Assembly: GCA_963727775.1 (NCBI GenBank)
Contig: CAVSHB010000001.1
Span: 1,152,001-1,216,000 of the forward strand
DNA: 64,000 nucleotides
Direction of reading: 5' to 3'
Source of the DNA: an uncultured Nitrospiraceae bacterium
Lineage (GTDB): Bacteria > Nitrospirota > Thermodesulfovibrionia > Thermodesulfovibrionales > SM23-35
In this document: positions 9,838-19,953 of the stretch, piece after piece
Position numbering within the stretch: position 1 is the stretch's first letter
How the letters are laid out: each line of letters begins with the position of its first letter
Notes under the pieces: model-generated
The model's database searches: none
What the model saw: only the letters and a program-made list of their open reading frames with translations
Told to the model about the DNA's origin: nothing
Program-made: the position numbers and the translations under genes

Positions 9838-10059
9838 ATGGCTGAAGTCCCTGCTGTTGCCGCTGAAGAAAAGATAAAAGAGGTCCTCGAAAGTCTGCAA
9901 TGCATATTGACCGCTCACGACAGTTGCGCAGAGCTGATAGACGTTAAAGGCAACAGGGCCGTAATATATTGCGGAGGACCTTGCGTGAAGTGTGATAACC
10001 GTTGTATTGAAGAGGCGATTAAAGAAAAACTGCCGGATATGGAAGTTATTATTCAATAA
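9838..10059 (+). CDS. NifU C-terminal (Nfu)-like domain protein
   Basis: Resembles the C-terminal domain of the NifU in this window (ELIDVKGNRAVI..GPCVKC vs ELIDIDGNKVVI..GMCTGC). Confidence 0.65.
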   Translation: MAEVPAVAAEEKIKEVLESLQCILTAHDSCAELIDVKGNRAVIYCGGPCVKCDNRCIEEAIKEKLPDMEVIIQ

Positions 10060-10062
10060 GGG

Positions 10063-12429
10063 TCACTTCATCGTTACAACGGTCACGCCGATATTGCCTT
10101 CCTCCGGTGTCCCGCTTCTGAAGCTTTGTACCAAAGGGTGTGCGTTTAAGTGGTCATGCACTGCCTTCAAAAGCAGGCCTTTTCCTACACCATGAATGAC
10201 GGTCACTTCAGGTAGTTCAGCCAATGTGGCATGATTAAGGAAGGTCTCCAATCTCGACAAGGCTTCATCAACCCTCAATCCTATAAGGTTTATCCTCGAA
10301 GAAACAGCTTCTTCCATTTTATCAGATGAAACGGGAGCTTTTACCGTGGAGAGAGATTTCCCCTTTTGAAAACCTATATCCGACGCAGGGACTTCTATCT
10401 CCATATTCCCGGCCATTACCCTTAAGCGATTATTATTCCTATTTACCTCAATGATTGACGCGTCATAACCGAGAGATCTGACAAAGACAATATCTCCTTT
10501 CCGTATGTCGCCGATTGCCGGGGAAGCATTGTCTTCATCGGAATATTCCCTGATTTTTTCTGCAATGTTTTCCTGTTGGGCCTCAACCTCCGTTATCAGC
10601 CTCCGCGCCTCGTTCCTGTCCTTGTTCCTGATCTCATCGAGCACCTCATGCATCTGTCTTTTTGTCTGCGAAATGATTCCGGAAGCCTCTCTGTATGCAG
10701 TTGCTAGGACCTCCTTCTGTTTTTCTTCCGTCTTAAGGAGCATTTGTCCGATCAGTTTGTTTCTTTCCTCTATTTCCGCCTGTTGTCTTTGAAGCTCCTC
10801 CAGCAGGGTCTCATAGTGCAGCCTTTTTGTGTTGTAGTCAGCGACCATATTATCAAACTCTACCTTCATATTTCCCATCATTTCTTTTGCTTCAGCAATT
10901 AATTTGTCGGGCAGGCCGTACCTTTGCGCTATATCAAGGGCGTGCGACTGACCGGGCTCACCGACGCGCAACTTGTACAAAGGCGTAAGCGTTTTTTGGT
11001 CAAATTCCATAGAGGCGTTGACCATTCCTGCTGTCCTGTGCACAAACCCCTTTATTTCGGACAAATGCGTTGTGGCAAAAACAAGAGAGCCTCTCTTTCT
11101 TATCTCTTTTAAGATTGCGCAGGACAAAGCGGCCCCTTCATCAGGGTCAGTGCCTGTCCCGAGTTCATCAATTAAGATGACGCTCTGCGGACCGGTCATC
11201 TTCAGAATTTCGGAGATATTTGATATATGTGCGGAAAATGTAGACAGGTTATTTTCTATTGATTGTTCATCGCCGATATCAACGAGCAGATTTTTGATCA
11301 CAGGTAAACTTGAAGACGGGTCCGCGGGAATCGGGATACCTGATAATGCCATAAGGAGCAATAGGCCGATTGTCTTAATGGCGATGGTCTTTCCTCCGGC
11401 ATTCGCTCCTGTTATTACCATTACGCTGTCCTCGCCTCCCAACGCGATATCCAACGGCACTAATTTTTGTTTGTTACCTGTCCGATGCAATGAAAGTTGA
11501 AGGATAGGATGTCTTGCCCCGAGAAGTTTAATAACATCATCGTTGTTGATATGGGGGATTTCCATATCCAGCCGGTCGGAAAACTTCGCAATACAATTCA
11601 GGACATCGAGATAGACAATGGTTTTGAACTCTCCATCGATACCGTCGATTGATTTTCTTATTAACGAAGAGATGGTTCTCAGGATTCGAAATTCTTCAGC
11701 TTTCTGTTCGGCAACGAGGTTTTCCAATTCGTTGGTAAAGTTTATAATGCCGAGGGGTTCAATAAATGCCGTTTCACCCGACTTGGAAATATCATGGACA
11801 ACTCCGGGTACCATTCCCTTGGAATCCATTCTTACCGGGATGACCCACCTTCCGGACCTTGTTGTGATGAAATCGTCATGCAACAAAGCAGAAAGGTTTT
11901 CGTCCCTCACTATCTCTTCGAGCTTCTTGCGTATTTTTCCTTCAAGCTTTCTTATGCGGGACCTCAAATCGGACAGCAGAAAGGAGGCGCTATCAAGGAT
12001 ATTCCCTTCAGTGTCAATAGATTTTTTGAGGATATCCCTTATCTCGGGAAATCCTGTAAGGTGTAAGGTCAGTTCTTTCAGGAAGGGAAGGTCGGTCCTT
12101 TCCTTAAGCTGCAATGATATGGCATATGAAATGTTCAGGACAGGCATGAATTCTGAAAGTTCTATGGCCTCAAGGACAGCCCCCTCGGGTCTCATTTTTA
12201 ATATCAGATGATATATATCCGGGAATGAGGACAACCTTATCGGGTTTCTCTCAACGGACATCCTGCGGATTTCCCGAACCTGCCCGAACCTTTTCTCAAT
12301 AGTTGCCCTGCTGTCCAGGGGACAAATATCCAATACCGATAACTTTGAAGCATCACTATCGGCAAGATCGGAAATCAGTCTCAGGAGTTTATTGAATTCG
12401 AGCAATTCAAGGGTATTTTTTAGTATCAT
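10063..12429 (-). CDS. mutS2: Endonuclease MutS2
   Basis: ITGANAGGKT, DIGDEQSIENNLSTFS, DELGTGTDP, C-terminal Smr domain (IHGVGKG). Confidence 0.96.
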   Translation of the reverse strand: MILKNTLELLEFNKLLRLISDLADSDASKLSVLDICPLDSRATIEKRFGQVREIRRMSVERNPIRLSSFPDIYHLILKMRPEGAVLEAIELSEFMPVLNISYAISLQLKERTDLPFLKELTLHLTGFPEIRDILKKSIDTEGNILDSASFLLSDLRSRIRKLEGKIRKKLEEIVRDENLSALLHDDFITTRSGRWVIPVRMDSKGMVPGVVHDISKSGETAFIEPLGIINFTNELENLVAEQKAEEFRILRTISSLIRKSIDGIDGEFKTIVYLDVLNCIAKFSDRLDMEIPHINNDDVIKLLGARHPILQLSLHRTGNKQKLVPLDIALGGEDSVMVITGANAGGKTIAIKTIGLLLLMALSGIPIPADPSSSLPVIKNLLVDIGDEQSIENNLSTFSAHISNISEILKMTGPQSVILIDELGTGTDPDEGAALSCAILKEIRKRGSLVFATTHLSEIKGFVHRTAGMVNASMEFDQKTLTPLYKLRVGEPGQSHALDIAQRYGLPDKLIAEAKEMMGNMKVEFDNMVADYNTKRLHYETLLEELQRQQAEIEERNKLIGQMLLKTEEKQKEVLATAYREASGIISQTKRQMHEVLDEIRNKDRNEARRLITEVEAQQENIAEKIREYSDEDNASPAIGDIRKGDIVFVRSLGYDASIIEVNRNNNRLRVMAGNMEIEVPASDIGFQKGKSLSTVKAPVSSDKMEEAVSSRINLIGLRVDEALSRLETFLNHATLAELPEVTVIHGVGKGLLLKAVHDHLNAHPLVQSFRSGTPEEGNIGVTVVTMK

Positions 12430-12621
12430 ATTCTCTTCAATTGGTTAATCGTGCAGACATTGTTCGGAAATTTATTTAACTCGATAAATTTATTAATACT
12501 ATCTTTGTTGGGTATATTTAATAAAACATTATGAATATCTATCAGTTTAGGTAAATTAAGGTATCTAAAAATAAATTTTCTCACAAAATCTGCGCGATTA
12601 ATTCATTAACTGATTTTTGAT

Positions 12622-13860
12622 CTAAGGATTATAATATTTCTTCTTCTTTTTCAGATAGTCCTGTTCAACGTATCCGTCATAATCATGTGGATATTTGTAG
12701 CCTTCCCCATGCCCCAATTTCTTCGCGCCCGGATAATGGCTGTCCTTCAAATGGTCCGGCACTTCCATTGTCTTTTCTGTCGAAATGTCTGCTAAAGCCG
12801 CTTCAATTGCTTTATAAGAGGCATTGCTCTTCGGCGCTGAAGCGATATAGATGACGGCTTGGGCCAATGGTATCTTCGCCTCAGGCATTCCGATGAATTC
12901 TACCGCCTTTAAGGCGGAAGTTGCGACTACTAACGCCATTGGGTCGGCATTGCCGACATCTTCAGAAGCACAGATGACAATACGCCTTGCGATAAACCTA
13001 GGGTCTTCACCTGCATAGATCATTTTGGCCAAGTAATAGATTGCGGCGTCGGGATCAGACCCGCGCATGCTCTTAATAAAAGCAGAGATCGTATCATAAT
13101 GCTGATCACCCTTTTTATCATAGACAACTGCTTTTTTCTGTATAGATTCTTCTGTGATTTCGAGGGTTATTATTATTTGCCCATTTGTATCCGGCGGAGT
13201 TGTAAGGGCGGCAATTTCGAGCGCTGATAAGGCCTTTCGCGCGTCCCCGTCAGACATTTTTGCGAGATGATTTAAGGCGGATCCATCAACCGTTATATTG
13301 AGATTGCCAAGCCCTTTGTCCTTATTCCTAATAGCATTATTCAGGATGCACTTAATGTCCGCTTCGGTGAGCGATTTTAATTCAAATATCTGGCTCCGTG
13401 AAAGGAGCGCGGAATTTACATAAAAGAATGGGTTCTCTACGGTTGCGGAGATAAGGGTTATATTGCCTTCTTCGACGTCGGGTAGGAGGGCGTCCTGCTG
13501 AAGCTTGTTGAACCTGTGTATTTCGTCGAGAAAGAGAATAGTTTTAATACCCTTAAGCTTCCTTGTTTTAGCATTCTGTATGACTTTTCTGATTTCGTCG
13601 AGCCCGATCGTTGCGGCATTTAGCCATTCGAAATGGGCTTTTGTCTTTTCTGCGATTATTCTTGCGAGAGCTGTTTTGCCTGTTCCCGGAGGGCCATATA
13701 AGATTACCGACGAAATCCTGTCTGATTCTATCGCCCTCCTCAACAATTTCCCCTGACCGATTATATGTCTCTGACCAAAATATTCGTCGAGCGTCCTGGG
13801 ACACATCCTGTAAGCTAAAGGTTGAGAAGGCGCATTTTCTTCTTCTTGAAACAATCCCAT
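12622..13860 (-). CDS. rarA: Replication-associated recombination protein A (RarA/MgsA)
   Basis: PLAYRMCP, GPPGTGKT, DEIHRFNK, SAFIKSMRGSDPDA. Confidence 0.96.
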   Translation of the reverse strand: MGLFQEEENAPSQPLAYRMCPRTLDEYFGQRHIIGQGKLLRRAIESDRISSVILYGPPGTGKTALARIIAEKTKAHFEWLNAATIGLDEIRKVIQNAKTRKLKGIKTILFLDEIHRFNKLQQDALLPDVEEGNITLISATVENPFFYVNSALLSRSQIFELKSLTEADIKCILNNAIRNKDKGLGNLNITVDGSALNHLAKMSDGDARKALSALEIAALTTPPDTNGQIIITLEITEESIQKKAVVYDKKGDQHYDTISAFIKSMRGSDPDAAIYYLAKMIYAGEDPRFIARRIVICASEDVGNADPMALVVATSALKAVEFIGMPEAKIPLAQAVIYIASAPKSNASYKAIEAALADISTEKTMEVPDHLKDSHYPGAKKLGHGEGYKYPHDYDGYVEQDYLKKKKKYYNP

Positions 13861-14037
13861 ATACTATGTTCCACTGAAAGATTAATAAATATCAAGCCGG
13901 TAACTTTCCGTTTAGCATTCCGAATGACAAATATTATACAGCTGCGGGTATCCTGTCGGGGATATCGGAGAAATGATATACTATTTTGCATATCGCAAGT
14001 TGAAATAAGCTGTAGAGGTTATTGATAGGAGGGTAAT

Positions 14038-14127
14038 ATGTTTCATACAGCAGACCCGAAAGATATTATTGATGGAAAAATAACCGATGTTTATTTCGAT
14101 CGGTCGCTGCAGAACCGCTCTTTGTAG
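14038..14127 (+). pseudogene. Truncated nicotinate phosphoribosyltransferase N-terminus (29 aa)
   Basis: Strong RBS AGGAGG, then MFHTADPKDIIDGKITDVYFDRSL and an early stop; the TDVYF motif is typical of archaeal-type NAPRTases. Confidence 0.6.
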
Positions 14128-14165
14128 AATGATGCGTAATCACCATTTTTCTGCCTGCTACATAC

Positions 14166-15002
14166 TTGAATAAAATGTCTTCCTTTTATATCTTAATTGC
14201 CATATTCCTCTGGAGTTCTATCGGTGTTGTAGTCAGGCTCTCGGGTGTTTCTATCCATATACTCATCTTCTATTCGATTGTGGTGTCTTTGGTAATTCAG
14301 GGTCTGCTTTTAACCCAAAAAAAATATAGAAAAGAGATGCCCGGCATCCGGGACCTTAAGTATCCAATAATACTCGGGGCGGTATCGCTGCTCAATACGT
14401 TTAGTTACTATTATGCTTACAGAAATACGACTGTAGCAAATGCAGTCCTGACCCATTATATAGCGCCGATTGTCGTTGCATTATTGGCGCCGCTGATTCT
14501 GAAAGAGAAGATCACGAAAAGGATATCCTTTGTGATCATTATAGCTTCAGCCGGTCTCTGGATAATGCTCGGCGGGTTTTCATTTAAAGAGGCCCAGGCA
14601 ATAGGTATAATGGCCGGTTTGATCTCGGGACTATCATATGCGGTCATAGTGATTTTTTTAAGGATTTATTCACCACACTTTAACCCGATCGTGCTATCTT
14701 TTTTTACGAATTTATTTATTGCGATTATGCTCGTTCCTTTTGTACGGGAGGTCCCTTTAAAGGCTGTATGGAGTTATCTTTTCATGGGAACAGTCCATTC
14801 AACCATCGCGCCTATTTTATACTATAAAGGGCTTCAGTATGTCTCTGCCAACAGGTCTGCCGTGCTCGGATATCTTGAGCCTGTCTCAGCTATTGCATTA
14901 GGTATGCTTTTATTGAATGAAGTTCCGGGAATAAATTCGATTATCGGGGGTGTGTTGATAATGATTTCAGGTTATCTGACGCTTACAAATGCAAAGGCAT
15001 AA
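14166..15002 (+). CDS. EamA/DMT family transporter
   Basis: About 10 TM helices, APIVVALLAPLILKEK, YLEPVSA. Confidence 0.9.
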   Translation: MNKMSSFYILIAIFLWSSIGVVVRLSGVSIHILIFYSIVVSLVIQGLLLTQKKYRKEMPGIRDLKYPIILGAVSLLNTFSYYYAYRNTTVANAVLTHYIAPIVVALLAPLILKEKITKRISFVIIIASAGLWIMLGGFSFKEAQAIGIMAGLISGLSYAVIVIFLRIYSPHFNPIVLSFFTNLFIAIMLVPFVREVPLKAVWSYLFMGTVHSTIAPILYYKGLQYVSANRSAVLGYLEPVSAIALGMLLLNEVPGINSIIGGVLIMISGYLTLTNAKA

Positions 15003-15789
15003 GATGATGCAAACGACCATGGTCATCCACATGAAAGATGTTTCCTGGATATACGGGAAGAAGCATATCCTCAGGAATATCAGCTGGGACGTTAACCGGG
15101 GTGAGCACTGGGCAATCGTCGGACTGAACGGCTCCGGCAAGACCTCACTGCTGAACATGATCAACGGATACATATGGCCGTCCAGAGGGGAGGTCAGCGT
15201 GCTGGGAAAAGAATTCGGGAAATACGACATACGCGAATTACGCAAAAAAATCGGATGGGTCAGCTCTTCTCTACAGGAAAAATTCTATGCCGGTGAAACC
15301 GCTGAAGAAATTGTGCTCAGTGGGAATTACGCAACGATCGGGTTATACGATAAACCAAAGCAAAAAGATATTGAACATGCTTCAGTATTGCTGAAGCGGT
15401 TTAAATGTGCTCATATAGCCAGGCAACCATACTGGACTCTGTCACAGGGAGAGAAACAAAAAGTGCTTATTGTGCGCGCATTGATCAGTTCTCCACGATT
15501 GCTTATTATGGATGAGCCATGCACCGGACTAGATATTTTTTCGAGGGAAAAAATGTTGTCACTTATAGAGAATATAGGCAGAAAGGAATCTGCTCCCACG
15601 TTGCTTTATGTTTCCCACCGCATAGAAGAAATCCTGCCTGTATTTAGCCATACATTATTACTGCGTCATGGGGAGGTCCATTCCAAAGGCAAAACAAAAG
15701 ATGTACTGACCAAAAGAAACCTTTCAGATTTTTTTAGTGTGCCGGTGGAAGTACAATGGCGCAAGGAACGCGCATGGGTACAGATCTGA
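14989..15789 (+). CDS. ABC transporter ATP-binding protein (ModF/YlmA-like)
   Basis: GLNGSGKT, LSQGE, MDEPCTGLD, VSH. Confidence 0.9.
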   Translation: MQRHKMMQTTMVIHMKDVSWIYGKKHILRNISWDVNRGEHWAIVGLNGSGKTSLLNMINGYIWPSRGEVSVLGKEFGKYDIRELRKKIGWVSSSLQEKFYAGETAEEIVLSGNYATIGLYDKPKQKDIEHASVLLKRFKCAHIARQPYWTLSQGEKQKVLIVRALISSPRLLIMDEPCTGLDIFSREKMLSLIENIGRKESAPTLLYVSHRIEEILPVFSHTLLLRHGEVHSKGKTKDVLTKRNLSDFFSVPVEVQWRKERAWVQI

Positions 15790-15898
15790 TCGAATCTACA
15801 GCCTATCCGCACCTTGATAAAAAGAGGAGCGGTCCATGAAGTTGTAGAAATTGGGATATTGTCATGAGCGCAAAATATATGTTATTTTAAAAGCGCTT

Positions 15899-15974
<76 letters not shown>

Positions 15975-16468
15975 TTAACACACAAGAGGTCGTACGGAAG
16001 GAAATCCTTTTAAAGCTGAGATTACAAGAAATATTGATAACACAGAGAAAGAGAAATTTTTTGTTATTCGAGATCTATCAAACATTCTCCCTAAAGTGAG
16101 CATCGGGGAGCACATCATCTGAAAGTTTGACTCCACATAGGAGTTCTTGCCGGCGATATTTTGTAATCTGTGATGAGTATATTTCGACAGAGACGACACC
16201 ATGGCAGGTCCTAAAAATAAACACTGTGACGTTCTTTATATAGTCAATATCCGCCTGGATACTGATCTGCACTAAGTACTTCTCTGAAGTTCTCGAAACT
16301 GGTTTCATCCTAGTGTTCATCACGTTTATGTTTTGAGTAATGTGAGCAATCCGCCCGTTTTTTGAAACCGGAGAAAGGCGCATATTGAGATAATTGATCT
16401 GCGGTGATGTGAACTGTTAGGATGTTTGAGACATAGCGCGGAAGATTATTTCTTGATAAAATAAAAAT

Positions 16469-17860
16469 ATGACGATCATCAGGCATTTCTTTTTGTTCTT
16501 TCTGTCGGTTTCCATCTTGAGCCTCAGCGGTGGATGTGCGACCTTACCAAACGTTTCTGAAATGATTGATGAGGCGCCAACTGTCCAGAAACCTCGTCAA
16601 ATCGTTTCGTCCAAAGGACTGCTATCTCCCGAGAAAAGCAAGGTTATCATGGAACGGCTGAAGGGATCGGTCGACCCGACGGACATTCTGGAACGCCACA
16701 CTGCCGTGGTGGAATCGGTCACCGAAAGCCCGCTGACGAAGGGGAACAAAGTCACTCTGCTCGCCAATGGTCAGGCTGCCTACGCAGCAATGTTCAAAGC
16801 CATAGAGAATGCCGGAGACCATATCAACCTTGAAACCTTTATCATTGAAGATGATGAAGTGGGCCGCAAATTTGCCGATCTATTGCTGCAAAAACAGGCG
16901 GAAGGTGTCCAGGTAAATCTCATCTATGACAGCATGGGCAGTTACAGTACCCCTACTGCCTTTTTCCAGCGCTTGCGGGACGGGGGAATTCAGGTGGTCG
17001 AATTCAATCCAATAAACCCGTTCAAGGCCCACGGGCACTGGCTACTGGCGCATCCGGACCACCGCAAGATTTTGATCATCGACGGCAAAGTCGCCATTTC
17101 AGGGGGCATCAACATCAGTTCGGTTTATTCAAGCAGACTTTCCGGAAGGAGACAAGTCGAAGGAGCGCCACTGCCATGGCGTGATACCGACGTTCAAATT
17201 GAAGGCCCTGCGGTGGCTGAATTCCAAAAGTTCTTTCTTGACACCTGGCAGAAGCAGCATGGACCGGAACTCTCTGAACTGAAATATTTTCCTGATCTGA
17301 AAGAAGAGGGTAATTCCCTAGTGCGGGTGGTCGGCAGTACTCCGGGAGAGAGCAACCGGATAACTTTTATTGTGTATGTGTCTGCCATCACGTTTGCAGA
17401 GCATTCGGTTCATCTGACGAATGCCTATTTTATTCCCGACGAGCAGATACTGGATGCCTTCGCTGATGCTGCCAGGCGCGGCGTCGACGTAAAGATTATT
17501 GTTCCCGCAATAACCGATTCGAAACTGGCATTACAGGCACAGCGGTATAATTATTCCGGGCTTTTGAAAGCGGGAGTAAAGATATACGAACGCCGCAACG
17601 CCCTGCTGCATGCGAAAACTGCGGTGATTGATGAAGTCTGGTCCACGGTCGGTTCAACCAACATGGACTTCTGGAGCTTTTTAAGCGATGATGAGGTGAA
17701 TGCGGTTATCCTGAGCCGCGAGTTTGCCATCGAAATGGAGAAGATGTTTGCTAAAGATATCGCGGAGTCCGACCAGATTCAATGGGAAGAGTGGAAAAAA
17801 AGACCATTGTTCCCAAGGATCAGTGAGTGGTTAGCGCATTTATTTGCTCATTGGTTGTAA
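16469..17860 (+). CDS. Cardiolipin synthase/PLD family lipoprotein
   Basis: Lipobox LSGGC; HRKILIID and HAKTAVID HKD motifs. Confidence 0.9.
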   Translation: MTIIRHFFLFFLSVSILSLSGGCATLPNVSEMIDEAPTVQKPRQIVSSKGLLSPEKSKVIMERLKGSVDPTDILERHTAVVESVTESPLTKGNKVTLLANGQAAYAAMFKAIENAGDHINLETFIIEDDEVGRKFADLLLQKQAEGVQVNLIYDSMGSYSTPTAFFQRLRDGGIQVVEFNPINPFKAHGHWLLAHPDHRKILIIDGKVAISGGINISSVYSSRLSGRRQVEGAPLPWRDTDVQIEGPAVAEFQKFFLDTWQKQHGPELSELKYFPDLKEEGNSLVRVVGSTPGESNRITFIVYVSAITFAEHSVHLTNAYFIPDEQILDAFADAARRGVDVKIIVPAITDSKLALQAQRYNYSGLLKAGVKIYERRNALLHAKTAVIDEVWSTVGSTNMDFWSFLSDDEVNAVILSREFAIEMEKMFAKDIAESDQIQWEEWKKRPLFPRISEWLAHLFAHWL

Positions 17861-18675
17861 AACATCGTCGAAGAATGTTGAATAAGCTTCTTTACCGGCG
17901 CTTGGCCGGGGTAGTCGCCATCATATTATTCATGGCGATCCTTTGCATCGAACTCTCGGTTCATGCCGCTTCCGGACCGCAGCCCCCCTGCGGAAGCGCA
18001 ACGTTTCCTCCCTATCCCGACTTGGAGAAATCACCTGCCGTAAGAGTTTGGGACCGCGCCGAATTGGGGCGCGACTGGACACCGCCGGCCTGCAGCGGTT
18101 GGACTTATTCAGGCTTCACGACGCTGGTGGTGATTGTTGCGCGTTTTCACCATACCTCCGGAGTCGAGGGCCTGCTCCGGCGTGTCGGAGCAATATCTGA
18201 ACGCGTGGGCATACAATATTGGTCGACCACCCACAAGCGATGGCAGGCGCTGATTATCAACGCCTACGCTTTGTCGGAGGCCATTGGTGATCGACGTCGC
18301 AAAGACTTCTCGCCTGACGAGATGGAGAAAAGCGGGAGTCTATACTTTCAGCAAGAGGATAACCTGTCCGGCAAGGGGATTTACCGCATGCGCATTCGAA
18401 GCGCTTCATCCGATCGGCTGGTGTTCGATACCGAAAACATCAGCACAGTGCGATACTTTTTTATGCCTCTTTTCGGCCCGGGTGATATGCAGTCGATTTA
18501 CTTTTTCGAACGCGAGTCGCAAGACGTTTGGCGTTATTACGGCATCATGCGTACGAGCAAGAATGCGAGCCCGTTGGTCGCGGGAAATGAGGCATCCTAC
18601 ATCAACCGGGCAGTGGCTTTTTACCGTTATCTGATCGGCATGCAAACAGACAAGGAGCCCCCTGCCGCGCCATAA
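17827..18675 (+). CDS. Exported hypothetical protein (start probably near 17875)
   Basis: Signal-like N-terminus, long ORF downstream of the PLD gene; GIQYWSTT, SYINRAVAFY motifs. Confidence 0.7.
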   Translation: MVSAFICSLVVKHRRRMLNKLLYRRLAGVVAIILFMAILCIELSVHAASGPQPPCGSATFPPYPDLEKSPAVRVWDRAELGRDWTPPACSGWTYSGFTTLVVIVARFHHTSGVEGLLRRVGAISERVGIQYWSTTHKRWQALIINAYALSEAIGDRRRKDFSPDEMEKSGSLYFQQEDNLSGKGIYRMRIRSASSDRLVFDTENISTVRYFFMPLFGPGDMQSIYFFERESQDVWRYYGIMRTSKNASPLVAGNEASYINRAVAFYRYLIGMQTDKEPPAAP

Positions 18676-18905
18676 AGGGATTCATATGATAAATTTGCTT
18701 ATAAATCTAAAAAGTAGAACGGCGAGAGGCTTCCAGTCTCTATATGAACGTTACACCCCTTGCAGATCTTATCTTAAAAGCGCTCACATCCGAGGATATT
18801 GAGGTCAGAATTATTGATGAAAATCATGAGATCAGGGAGTAGCTTGCGCACTTATTTTCCCATAGGATGTAAAACATCGCCGAAGAGCGGTTTATTACGG
18901 TAAAA

Positions 18906-19853
18906 GTGAATAATGTGAATCAGATGCATAAGACCAGAAACCTTTCGAAATTCTTCCTTTTCATGGTCGCAGCAGCGCTTCTTTTTTCTGCCGGTTCCGC
19001 TTCAGCTGTCGAAAAGCCTCGGCAGGGCAAAGACATCCTGCTCGACACCTATCACAGGAATATGGCCAAATTGGAGACAAACAGCTTCGGCCTTCCTATT
19101 TTTTTGGAATCTTTTGAGCGAGCCGACAGAGTGAACGTGGATGTCTACGGGATCTTCGATTATCCCTTCAGCACTGTTGTCAACGTGCTTAAGGTTCCGG
19201 CAAACTGGTGCGATATCGTATCCCTCCATCCTAATGTCAAGGCGTGCACCTACAGGGAACTGCCGGGCACCTGGCTGCTGACCTTTTACATCGGCCGCAA
19301 AGTCTATCAAACTCCGGAAGACACGCGTCAAGTCATTTACCATTACCGGAAAGTTGATCAACAGCAAGGGTATCTGGATATCATTCTCAGTGCCGATGCA
19401 GGCCCTTTCGGCACGAAGGACCACATGATGAGGTTCGAGGCCCTGCCCCTTGTTGGGGGAAGGACTTTTGTCCACGTCAGTTATGCATACATCGACAGTA
19501 TTGCACTTAGCCTTGCGGAGAAGCTCTATTTTGCGACATTCGGTTGGGGCAAAATAGGGTTCACGGTGACAGGAACAGACAGAAACGGCAAACCCGTCTA
19601 TATCCGTGGGCCCCGTGGCGCCATTGAGCGCAACTCTGTACGGTACTATTTCGCGATCCAGTCCTTCATAAATACGTTGCACTATCCCGAAAAAAGTCGT
19701 TTCAACATGAGGATCAGCGAGTGGTATGATCTAACGACCCGCTACAGGAAGCAGCTCTTCGATCTGGACAAAAAGGACTACCTCACATTCAAGACAAAAG
19801 AGCATATGAACCAGGTGATACTCCAGCGGTCGATTGGGATGGGCCTTCAGTGA
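18906..19853 (+). CDS. Exported hypothetical protein
   Basis: Signal peptide ending ASA; WCDIVSLHPNVKAC; YIRGPRGAIERNSVRYY. Confidence 0.75.
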   Translation: MNNVNQMHKTRNLSKFFLFMVAAALLFSAGSASAVEKPRQGKDILLDTYHRNMAKLETNSFGLPIFLESFERADRVNVDVYGIFDYPFSTVVNVLKVPANWCDIVSLHPNVKACTYRELPGTWLLTFYIGRKVYQTPEDTRQVIYHYRKVDQQQGYLDIILSADAGPFGTKDHMMRFEALPLVGGRTFVHVSYAYIDSIALSLAEKLYFATFGWGKIGFTVTGTDRNGKPVYIRGPRGAIERNSVRYYFAIQSFINTLHYPEKSRFNMRISEWYDLTTRYRKQLFDLDKKDYLTFKTKEHMNQVILQRSIGMGLQ

Positions 19854-19953
19854 GTACCCGGACACTTCAAACCGATGACGCTGCACACAAAGATGGCGCC
19901 TTGAGGCAAATCCACAACGAACAACAAAAACAAAGCCCATCGCAAAAAGAGAA

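Noticed and set aside
15975..16383. Minus-strand ORFs after tRNA-Ala as an integrase or other gene
   Set aside because: No recognisable motifs or RBS; no tyrosine or serine recombinase signature
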